Positions 56,934 through 63,996 of a stretch of DNA of 64,000 bases are shown in pieces (positions within the stretch are counted from its first letter, which is position 1; each line of letters starts with the position of its first letter). A program made the translations under genes and the position numbers. The DNA comes from a virus (taxonomy: Duplodnaviria; Caudoviricetes). The notes under the pieces were generated by a model that saw only the letters and a program-made list of their open reading frames with translations, made no database searches and had not been told where the DNA came from. The stretch is taken from IMG/VR virus record IMGVR_UViG_3300026077_000001; one strand, written 5' to 3'.

Positions 56934-57043
56934 TGAGTAACGACACTCAAGCAGATATCTGGTTCAGAGCAAACGGAAGGTTCACTATGGTGGCTTTCTG
57001 GGTAGGGATAGCTCTGTACACGAAGTACACTTACTTCAGTTAA
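56933..57043 (+). CDS. hli: Divergent HLIP-like peptide
   Basis: WFRANGRFTMVAF. Confidence 0.65.
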   Translation: MSNDTQADIWFRANGRFTMVAFWVGIALYTKYTYFS

Positions 57044-57046
57044 ACA

Positions 57047-57238
57047 ATGGGTGATCTAGCAGTCAACGAAATATCACCCTTCGTTGCTGTCCTCTGGGTT
57101 TTATATCCAATGGCAGCACTTGTATTCATTGAGTTGTTACTCCGAGCATTGGGTAATGATGATGACGATGATACATCTGGAGGTAAGGGTATACGTGTTA
57201 CTCAGATGCAACCTGTAACGGTACCATCAGGAGCGTAA
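57047..57238 (+). CDS. Small membrane protein with poly-Asp
   Basis: TM helix followed by NDDDDDTSGGKG. Confidence 0.7.
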   Translation: MGDLAVNEISPFVAVLWVLYPMAALVFIELLLRALGNDDDDDTSGGKGIRVTQMQPVTVPSGA

Positions 57239-57239
57239 A

Positions 57240-57317
57240 ATGTATCAAGCACTATTTTTGTTAACTGTAATTGCCTATGTTTGGATCCCAAGCATCAGTC
57301 AGTTCGCTTACCAATGA
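57240..57317 (+). CDS. Tiny membrane peptide (25 aa)
   Basis: Translated by hand: MYQALFLLTVIAYVWIPSISQFAYQ, SD AGGAG. Confidence 0.55.
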   Translation: MYQALFLLTVIAYVWIPSISQFAYQ

Positions 57318-57415
57318 CATTCAACAGAATAATGATGAGTCCCTATAGGGATCTTATTGAATTTGGTTTTCTAGTTTCAATTGGAATCACTGCTGGTTCT
57401 ATGGGTCTAGTATAA
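57314..57415 (+). CDS. Tiny membrane peptide (33 aa)
   Basis: Translated by hand: MTFNRIMMSPYRDLIEFGFLVSIGITAGSMGLV. Confidence 0.55.
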   Translation: MTFNRIMMSPYRDLIEFGFLVSIGITAGSMGLV

Positions 57416-57424
57416 TCAAGATAC

Positions 57425-57454
57425 AAAAACCTTCTCTTAACGAGGAGGTTTTTT
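57425..57454 (+). terminator. Rho-independent terminator (possibly bidirectional)
   Basis: AAAAACCTTCTC-TTAAC-GAGGAGGTTTTT. Confidence 0.8.
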
Positions 57455-57492
57455 GATGCTATAATAAATAACAATGAATTGTTTTATATTCA

Positions 57493-57783
57493 ATGGCGAC
57501 TGTAACTTTTAAAGCAACAGATGGTTCGACAGAATCATTTGAGTGTGCTGCAGACGAGTACATACTTGATGCTGCTGAAGAAGCAGGTATCGACCATCCT
57601 TATTCTTGTAGAGCAGGTGCTTGTAGCACGTGTGCAGGTAAGGTAATAGAAGGTACAGTTAATCAAGAAGATCAATCCTTCTTAGATGAAGAACAGATAG
57701 AAAAAGGTTTCGTACTAACGTGCGTAGCATATCCTCTATCTGATGTCACTATTCTGACTGAACAGGAGGAGCATCTTTACTAA
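57493..57783 (+). CDS. petF: Plant-type [2Fe-2S] ferredoxin (copy 2)
   Basis: [15 protein letters not shown]...VLTCVAYP. Confidence 0.97.
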   Translation: MATVTFKATDGSTESFECAADEYILDAAEEAGIDHPYSCRAGACSTCAGKVIEGTVNQEDQSFLDEEQIEKGFVLTCVAYPLSDVTILTEQEEHLY

Positions 57784-57932
57784 TGGATGAACATCACGTA
57801 AATGATCTATGGGAAGATATGGATCGTCTGAATTCTCTTTATGAAGAATTAATGTGGGACCACGAGGACGAGTTGCAATTTACTATCGAAGGTAATAAGA
57901 TAGTGATAACAAACAAATCTATAGAAGAATGA
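57783..57932 (+). CDS. Small acidic hypothetical protein (49 aa)
   Basis: Translated by hand: [13 protein letters not shown]...SIEE. Confidence 0.6.
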   Translation: MDEHHVNDLWEDMDRLNSLYEELMWDHEDELQFTIEGNKIVITNKSIEE

Positions 57933-58099
57933 AACGAACTTACAGTTTACAACTTGAAGAGAAACCAGATCACTGGATCACTTTAAGGAAGTATTGTGGA
58001 CTGTCTGAAACTAAAGCAAACTTCTATATAAATCTTTGTAACTTTGGTAAAGACTACGTTCCCTATTACAAAAATGTGAGGATGATTAATGACTTATAA
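57929..58099 (+). CDS. Small hypothetical protein (56 aa)
   Basis: Translated by hand: MKRTYSLQLEE...MINDL. Confidence 0.55.
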   Translation: MKRTYSLQLEEKPDHWITLRKYCGLSETKANFYINLCNFGKDYVPYYKNVRMINDL

Positions 58100-58364
58100 A
58101 ATCACAGATGAAATCCTTGACCTACGTAAACGATGTTTACAGGACTGCGTTGATCGCAAAGGGTTGCTAGACTATAATGACTATGCCTTTTGTGATTGGG
58201 TCATAGATTCAGGAGAATATAAACAACTCAGAGAGGATGAGATCTGTTTCAGGTCTGACCTCGCAAGTTTATACATTAAATGGTATTACAATGCCAGACC
58301 AAAATCGCAAACAAACACGGAAAGCAGCGAAGAAAATCATCCGCTTGGCAAAAGAACATCCTGA
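58089..58364 (+). CDS. Hypothetical protein
   Basis: ORF from the track. Confidence 0.55.
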   Translation: MTYKITDEILDLRKRCLQDCVDRKGLLDYNDYAFCDWVIDSGEYKQLREDEICFRSDLASLYIKWYYNARPKSQTNTESSEENHPLGKRTS

Positions 58365-58443
58365 TTGGTATACCAAACAAGATGTTTACTATGCAAAGAT
58401 GATTAAGAAACAAACTAAAAAAGACAAACCTAAAGATGATTGA
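58291..58443 (+). CDS. Small basic hypothetical protein
   Basis: RKAAKKIIRLAKEHPDWY. Confidence 0.65.
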   Translation: MPDQNRKQTRKAAKKIIRLAKEHPDWYTKQDVYYAKMIKKQTKKDKPKDD

Positions 58444-58783
58444 GTGGTTATTCCTAGCATTTATGTTCACCCTGTTCATTCTCGCATTGAGATTGATGTC
58501 ACAGGGATGGGATGCTGCACAGCAATTAGGTAGTGGAAAAATTGTAGAGTCAACAACTCAGGTAACACGACCACCTCATCCAGAAATGAAGGATGTACAA
58601 CCAGGTGAAGAGTTAATGGTCGTACAATTTACTCCCGACGAGGAGTTCAAAAGAAAAGTACTGACATCGGATTCTAATTTACAACAGTCCCTTAAGGAAC
58701 GTATCAATGATCTCAATGATCCGTGGTATGATGACGAGGATGATGACGATGACGGTGACGTTCCAGCAATTATTAAACGCTAA
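58436..58783 (+). CDS. DUF2973-like membrane protein (copy 2)
   Basis: HPEMKDVQPGEELMVV and RINDLNDPW...DGDVPAI. Paralogue of the ORF at 6546. Confidence 0.65.
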   Translation: MIEWLFLAFMFTLFILALRLMSQGWDAAQQLGSGKIVESTTQVTRPPHPEMKDVQPGEELMVVQFTPDEEFKRKVLTSDSNLQQSLKERINDLNDPWYDDEDDDDDGDVPAIIKR

Positions 58784-59031
58784 TGATTTTTTTATCTTGC
58801 CCACCAGTGTATCACTTACCTGGTACTTGGACTAAGTGTAAAACACCTCTAGTCAATCACCTAACTTTGACACCTGATCAAGGGTTCATACTATTTTTAG
58901 TATTATTTACTCTCACCTTAGTGGGTGTTGGTATATACAGTACCTTTGGTCCTGGTAAAAAGAAACTTAGGGATCCTATTGATGAACACTCTAAGCTTCA
59001 CGAGCTTGGCATTGCACATCGTCACGACTAA
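58783..59031 (+). CDS. psbN: PsbN-like membrane protein (copy 2)
   Basis: VGVGIYSTFGPGKKKLRDPIDEH. Confidence 0.68.
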   Translation: MIFLSCPPVYHLPGTWTKCKTPLVNHLTLTPDQGFILFLVLFTLTLVGVGIYSTFGPGKKKLRDPIDEHSKLHELGIAHRHD

Positions 59032-59055
59032 ATAAAATTAGTTTCACTTCTTACT

Positions 59056-59352
59056 ATGACAAACTCACAGCCTGATCCTGTAACAGGTCAGAACATTAAT
59101 ATAGATATTGGTAATGCTGCTGACACTTTCACAGTGGATACTAGTAATCTAGATTTAGGTGTTGATCCTGCGTATCAAACTGATCCATTGGCATACGTGC
59201 CACCAGTTGATCCACGTCTCAACGAAATCCATCAGCACTTACACGAGATCAATCAGAAAGTTGATCATATATTAGAGCATTTACATCAACCTCTTACTGG
59301 TACAGTAACGATTGATTGTCCACCTAAGACCCCTGCAGGTCTAGAAGAGTAA
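59056..59352 (+). CDS. Hypothetical protein with a His-rich coiled coil
   Basis: ORF following TAAATA at 59029. Confidence 0.7.
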   Translation: MTNSQPDPVTGQNINIDIGNAADTFTVDTSNLDLGVDPAYQTDPLAYVPPVDPRLNEIHQHLHEINQKVDHILEHLHQPLTGTVTIDCPPKTPAGLEE

Positions 59353-59603
59353 TGCCCTTACCAGAGATTCCTTATGATGAATGGTTTGATAACAGAATAA
59401 ACCCATTAGATCTTATGCCAATAGCAACAGACGAACCATTAGACACATCACCATCAGAGATTCAACCACCTGGTGTTGATCAGGAACCTGAAGAAACAAT
59501 ACACGAGAAGATGTATAGGATTGCTACTGATAAGTACAATCCTTTCTCTGTAGGAGGAACAGAGCAGTTGGGTGGCGGTTCAGAAACCGTCCACAAGGCT
59601 TGA
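59352..59603 (+). CDS. Hypothetical protein
   Basis: MPLPEIPYDEWF...IHEKMYRIAT. Confidence 0.68.
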   Translation: MPLPEIPYDEWFDNRINPLDLMPIATDEPLDTSPSEIQPPGVDQEPEETIHEKMYRIATDKYNPFSVGGTEQLGGGSETVHKA

Positions 59604-59634
59604 CAAAGTGCTTAACATTTTGTTACTATAAATA
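59600..59634 (+). promoter_or_regulatory. psbA promoter: sigma70 -35/-10, HLR1-like box and late promoter
   Basis: TTGACA at 59600, TTAACATT-N2-GTTACTAT at 59612-59629, TATAAATA at 59627. Confidence 0.7.
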
Positions 59635-59640
59635 TATCGG

Positions 59641-59712
59641 GTGAGGGTTTCCTCATCTTTTTCATCTTACCCCTAACCAAGACCACGGGGATTCCCGAAA
59701 GGGATTAGTCTT
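59641..59712 (+). ncRNA. Structured psbA 5' leader with a pseudoknot (PhotoRC-II-like)
   Basis: CCCC/GGGG and AAGAC/GTCTT interleaved stems plus a TCCC-GAAA-GGGA hairpin. Confidence 0.5.
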
Positions 59713-59749
59713 TTCATATCTGTTCACTTTAAACGTTCTCTTAATTCAG

Positions 59750-60832
59750 ATGACAACTCTTTCAAGAAAGGAGCAAGGTCTACTGTCAGGATGGAGCGAG
59801 TTTTGTGAGTGGGTTACAAGTACAAACAACCGCATTTATGTTGGTTGGTTTGGAGTTTTAATGATTCCTTGCTTGTTAGCTGCTGCTACTTGCTTTATCG
59901 TGGCGTTCATCGCTGCTCCTCCCGTAGATATCGACGGGATCCGTGAACCAGTTGCTGGTTCATTTATGTATGGTAACAACATCATCTCTGGTGCTGTCGT
60001 TCCATCCTCTAACGCTATCGGACTACACTTCTACCCTATATGGGAAGCTGCCACACTAGATGAGTGGTTGTATAACGGAGGTCCATATCAGTTAGTAATC
60101 TTCCACTTCCTTATTGGAATCTCTGCCTATATGGGTAGACAGTGGGAGTTATCATACCGTTTAGGTATGCGTCCTTGGATCTGTGTAGCATATTCTGCTC
60201 CAGTATCTGCTGCATTCGCAGTCTTCTTAGTTTATCCTTTCGGTCAGGGATCTTTCTCTGATGGTATGCCTCTAGGTATATCAGGTACGTTCAACTTTAT
60301 GTTCGTATTCCAAGCAGAACATAATATCTTGATGCATCCATTCCATATGGCAGGTGTCGCAGGTATGTTCGGAGGAGCACTATTCTCTGCTATGCACGGT
60401 TCACTTGTTACCTCTTCTCTTATCAGAGAAACAACTGGGTTAGACTCTCAGAACTATGGTTACAAGTTCGGACAAGAAGAAGAAACATACAACATAGTTG
60501 CTGCACACGGTTACTTTGGAAGACTTATATTCCAGTATGCTTCATTCAATAACTCAAGAAGTTTACACTTCTTCCTTGCAACATTCCCAGTTGTTTGTGT
60601 ATGGTTAACCTCTATGGGTATCTGTACAATGGCATTCAACTTGAATGGATTTAACTTCAACCAGTCGGTTGTAGATACAAATGGAAAGGTAGTTCCTACT
60701 TGGGGTGACGTTCTTAACAGAGCAAACTTAGGTATGGAAGTAATGCACGAGCGTAATGCTCACAACTTCCCTCTTGATCTTGCTGCTGCTGAGACATCTG
60801 AAGTTGCACTTGTTGCTCCTTCAGTTGGATAA
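59750..60832 (+). CDS. psbA: Photosystem II D1 protein
   Basis: 360-aa D1 with [16 protein letters not shown] and [14 protein letters not shown]. No intron. Confidence 0.99.
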   Translation: MTTLSRKEQGLLSGWSEFCEWVTSTNNRIYVGWFGVLMIPCLLAAATCFIVAFIAAPPVDIDGIREPVAGSFMYGNNIISGAVVPSSNAIGLHFYPIWEAATLDEWLYNGGPYQLVIFHFLIGISAYMGRQWELSYRLGMRPWICVAYSAPVSAAFAVFLVYPFGQGSFSDGMPLGISGTFNFMFVFQAEHNILMHPFHMAGVAGMFGGALFSAMHGSLVTSSLIRETTGLDSQNYGYKFGQEEETYNIVAAHGYFGRLIFQYASFNNSRSLHFFLATFPVVCVWLTSMGICTMAFNLNGFNFNQSVVDTNGKVVPTWGDVLNRANLGMEVMHERNAHNFPLDLAAAETSEVALVAPSVG

Positions 60833-61167
60833 TGAAAATTAAACGACTCAAGCACTGTAAGTTATCCCAGATGAAATTCTTCTACTGGGATGAACCATCA
60901 GATGATTCGATATATAGAGGGAGTAATACTCCCTCTTTTTTTATGGAAACTTCTAATTTCTATAGCGATGATCGCTTGAGAGAATCAACTGTTATAAACA
61001 ATGAATTCTATGGTGAAGGATACAATGTATTATGTGCAGAGTATGATACTCCTCCACCCAAAACTACTAAGCAATACTATGAACGCATTGCTAGTACTGT
61101 AACCAAACAATTTTTACACCTTCAGGATGCAGAGAATTTTGCTGAAGACTGGGTACTACGACGATGA
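60832..61167 (+). CDS. Hypothetical protein (possibly two fused genes; alternative start at 60943)
   Basis: ORF contains an internal terminator. Confidence 0.55.
   Translation: MKIKRLKHCKLSQMKFFYWDEPSDDSIYRGSNTPSFFMETSNFYSDDRLRESTVINNEFYGEGYNVLCAEYDTPPPKTTKQYYERIASTVTKQFLHLQDAENFAEDWVLRR
60916..60942 (+). terminator. Rho-independent terminator downstream of psbA
   Basis: AGAGGGAG-TAATA-CTCCCTCT followed by a T run. Confidence 0.85.
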
Positions 61168-61631
61168 TTTTTAAACTTATACCTTCAGACGATCCCCTAC
61201 TACACAAGAAAATAAAGAAGTGTAGTTATAATTTAGATCGAAAAGAATTAGCCTCTGAATTAGCAGAGAATATGTTCCATCACAATGGGGTGGGACTGTC
61301 TGCTAATCAAATAGGTATAAATGAACGTGCGTTTGTTATGATGACAGACGTAGAGACACAAGCAACCTTAGTTCTATTCAATCCTAAGATTCTTAAGGAG
61401 TCTGTGGTTGAACACGTAATGGAAGAGGGTTGCTTATCATATCCAGGACAGACAGTAAAAGTACAACGTCCTTATGCTGTGACAGTTAAATATGAGGACG
61501 TTGATAAGAAGATACATAAAACTAAAATGTCTGGTATAACTGCTCGTATATTTCAGCACGAGTATGATCATATGGAAGGCATCGACTTCACACAACGTGC
61601 AAGTTGGAATTCTATTAAACAAAATCTATGA
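61164..61631 (+). CDS. def: Peptide deformylase
   Basis: GVGLSANQIG, EGCLS and QHEYDHMEG. Confidence 0.96.
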   Translation: MIFKLIPSDDPLLHKKIKKCSYNLDRKELASELAENMFHHNGVGLSANQIGINERAFVMMTDVETQATLVLFNPKILKESVVEHVMEEGCLSYPGQTVKVQRPYAVTVKYEDVDKKIHKTKMSGITARIFQHEYDHMEGIDFTQRASWNSIKQNL

Positions 61632-61933
61632 AGATTGATACACAAGGGATGAGTGGTCCTATTGATCCTAACTACGTAGGAAAACCACTAGAGCAACAGC
61701 AGAGGGAACTTCCTAGAGCAACTATCAAACCTAACAGGTTGTTCACTGAGACTTATGTCAAAGAGTTAAAGATTCTACTGAATGAGGTACTGGATGAACG
61801 TGAAGGTAAGATGGACTACGTATCTTACTTTGATACAAAATGTTTCAGTTACTTGGTAGGAGATGAAGAACCTGCTTACAAATCTAAAGATGTTGTGCTA
61901 GAATCTGAATACAAACCAAGTTACTACCAATAG
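61628..61933 (+). CDS. Hypothetical protein
   Basis: MKIDTQGMSGP...ELKILLNEVLDER. Confidence 0.68.
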   Translation: MKIDTQGMSGPIDPNYVGKPLEQQQRELPRATIKPNRLFTETYVKELKILLNEVLDEREGKMDYVSYFDTKCFSYLVGDEEPAYKSKDVVLESEYKPSYYQ

Positions 61934-61934
61934 T

Positions 61935-62018
61935 ATGCACCTAATTATTATGGGTGTCAGTATCTTATTGATCTGCACCATCATTTGTTATCTGGTACTT
62001 TATAATCCACACAACTAA
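61935..62018 (+). CDS. Tiny membrane peptide (27 aa)
   Basis: Translated by hand: MHLIIMGVSILLICTIICYLVLYNPHN. Stop overlaps the purN ATG. Confidence 0.55.
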   Translation: MHLIIMGVSILLICTIICYLVLYNPHN

Positions 62019-62539
62019 TGAGACTAGGAATAATGTGTTCGGGCGAAGGATCAAACTTCGAGAACATAGTACACTCTTGTCCTAATCATCAGGTTGTTCT
62101 GATGGTTTACAATAAAAAACATTGCGGTGCTAAGAAGAGAGCAGACAGACTTGACATCCCTTCTGTTCGCATCGCTAGTAAGAATGAGGATGACATCATC
62201 AAAATCTTTGATGCATATAATGTTGACCTCATCGTTATGGCAGGGTGGATGAGAGTTGTCAGCAAGAAATTTGTTGAAGCTTTTCCAGGGCGAATAATTA
62301 ATTTACACCCCTCCCTCCTACCAAAGTACAAAGGATTGCACGCTATAGAGCAAGCAATCCAAGCAGGTGAAGCAGAGACTGGTTGTTCTGTACACTTTGT
62401 TACTGAAGAGTTAGACTCTGGACAAGTGATCAAGCAACAGTCAGTACCTATTTTACCTGACGATACTGTAGAGACTGTCACTAGAGCAGTCCAACAATGT
62501 GAACACCAACTTTTACCACTCGTTATTAATTCATTATGA
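62018..62539 (+). CDS. purN: Phosphoribosylglycinamide formyltransferase
   Basis: SGEGSNF, MAGWMR, INLHPSLLPKYKG, GCSVHFV and LDSG. Confidence 0.96.
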   Translation: MRLGIMCSGEGSNFENIVHSCPNHQVVLMVYNKKHCGAKKRADRLDIPSVRIASKNEDDIIKIFDAYNVDLIVMAGWMRVVSKKFVEAFPGRIINLHPSLLPKYKGLHAIEQAIQAGEAETGCSVHFVTEELDSGQVIKQQSVPILPDDTVETVTRAVQQCEHQLLPLVINSL

Positions 62540-62727
62540 CTGAAGCAAAGGATTTAATTGCTCCACCAGAAGTAGAGACACACGGATCTCTATCTGTTGT
62601 AGTACCGATGGAAGATATGAAAGATATAATTCAACAACTATGGAAGTCACGTTCCACTGAGAAAAGATGTGGAGAGTTGTATAATAAATACAAAGAGCTC
62701 ACAACTTTTGATGATGATAGTAAGTGA
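62536..62727 (+). CDS. Hypothetical protein
   Basis: ORF with ATGA overlap. Confidence 0.62.
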   Translation: MTEAKDLIAPPEVETHGSLSVVVPMEDMKDIIQQLWKSRSTEKRCGELYNKYKELTTFDDDSK

Positions 62728-63391
62728 TGTTGCTGACATAATTCGTAGTGCAGTTAAGACACTACCCATTACTAAGATGGAGTGTGACTTCCCTGAGATT
62801 CATAAGGATGATGTCACTATAGTTAATGAGATGTGGCATTGTCCTGGTCTTCGTAAGTTGCATCTAGAGACAGGTCGCACTAATAATCTTGAGGTATTAC
62901 ACTGTGTATTGTATCCTGATCCTGCTTATCCTATCCCTATTTTCGGATGTGATATTGTTGCAAATGATAAGGTTGTCACTGCAGCAATAGTAGATGTAAG
63001 TCCTGTAAGACATCTTAATCAGATTGATATCTATCCAGCAGTCACAAAGATTAGTAATAGATTTCAGTTTAAAGAAAGTAGAGCACTACCACTGTGGAGT
63101 GACGATATATTCTCACCACACTGTAAGTTTATGAGATTGAGAACGTATAATGAGAGGATAGATTACTGTGAATTACTATCACAACTGTTGACTGTATACT
63201 GTGGTCTAGTAGAGCAAGCAGAGTTAGATACTGATTGGGTTAATACTATGTTGAGGTTAGACGATCAAATATATTATTGTAAGCAGCAGAAAAAGAATCA
63301 GAAGACAATCGCCGTGCTATCTAGATGGTTTGATCCCCTATGGGCAAGGAATTATATCGATACAATATTATTTGACGAACCAAGAATGTAA
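62711..63391 (+). CDS. pcyA: Phycocyanobilin:ferredoxin oxidoreductase, PcyA-like (copy 2)
   Basis: RKLHLE, LEVLHCVLYP, PIFGCDIVA, AAIVDVSP and QKKNQKT. Confidence 0.9.
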   Translation: MMIVSDVADIIRSAVKTLPITKMECDFPEIHKDDVTIVNEMWHCPGLRKLHLETGRTNNLEVLHCVLYPDPAYPIPIFGCDIVANDKVVTAAIVDVSPVRHLNQIDIYPAVTKISNRFQFKESRALPLWSDDIFSPHCKFMRLRTYNERIDYCELLSQLLTVYCGLVEQAELDTDWVNTMLRLDDQIYYCKQQKKNQKTIAVLSRWFDPLWARNYIDTILFDEPRM

Positions 63392-63425
63392 TAAGGTTAA
63401 ATAATATTACTAATAAGGATATTTT

Positions 63426-63725
63426 ATGCTCTCTACTCAATATCGTCTGCGTTTAGAAGCAATTTGTAAAGACATTGCTGCTGGCACAGAAGTTAGTCTG
63501 GAAGATATGATCTGGGCTGACAAACTAGCAAAGTCAAACACATCTGCTAGAGGTATGTTAAGTAAAGCACGAAGACTATCGATAGATCCAACAGATTCTT
63601 TTCTGAATGAGTTGAACATAGGTGACCCCGATTCAACTCAACACCGAAGGGGTTTCGGAGATCCACAAGACGTGGTAGATTGGTTCCATCAAGAGAGGTC
63701 TGATGACTGGAGACAAAGAGATTAA
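63426..63725 (+). CDS. Cyanophage-type hypothetical protein
   Basis: MLSTQYRLRLEAIC...DMIWADKLAK...WFHQERSDDWRQRD. Confidence 0.75.
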   Translation: MLSTQYRLRLEAICKDIAAGTEVSLEDMIWADKLAKSNTSARGMLSKARRLSIDPTDSFLNELNIGDPDSTQHRRGFGDPQDVVDWFHQERSDDWRQRD

Positions 63726-63996
63726 AGGTTACACCAGAGAGGATATCAAAAGGATCTTAGGATCCTCTTGGCCTACTATGCCTGAAGATCACGAGACTGG
63801 TAATGATGAAAGGAAGAGAAAGGGTAGGGAGATGAGAGCAGGGTTGAGACCATACCCTACATACCCTGCAAAGAAAGTTGGTCCTCAATTTGATGAGGAT
63901 GGAAAATATATCTACCCACCAGGTTCAGGATTTAATTGGATGGAGAAAATAGATCCTAATTCTCCTTGGAATTGCACAGGTGGTAAGGTATCCTAA
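63703..63996 (+). CDS. Hypothetical protein (copy 2)
   Basis: Paralogue of the ORF at 7450. Confidence 0.75.
   Translation: MTGDKEIKGYTREDIKRILGSSWPTMPEDHETGNDERKRKGREMRAGLRPYPTYPAKKVGPQFDEDGKYIYPPGSGFNWMEKIDPNSPWNCTGGKVS

Noticed and set aside
30876-60832. Introns or inteins in g43, g41, nrdA, nrdB or psbA
   Set aside because: All read as uninterrupted ORFs of normal length with no intein or homing-endonuclease motifs.
1466-63619. Dozens of minus-strand and alternate-frame ORFs in the supplied track (for example 2255-2668, 42176-42550, 32046-32399, 62107-62481)
   Set aside because: They lie wholly inside well-supported genes and show no recognisable motifs or RBS. They are best explained as shadow ORFs from codon bias.
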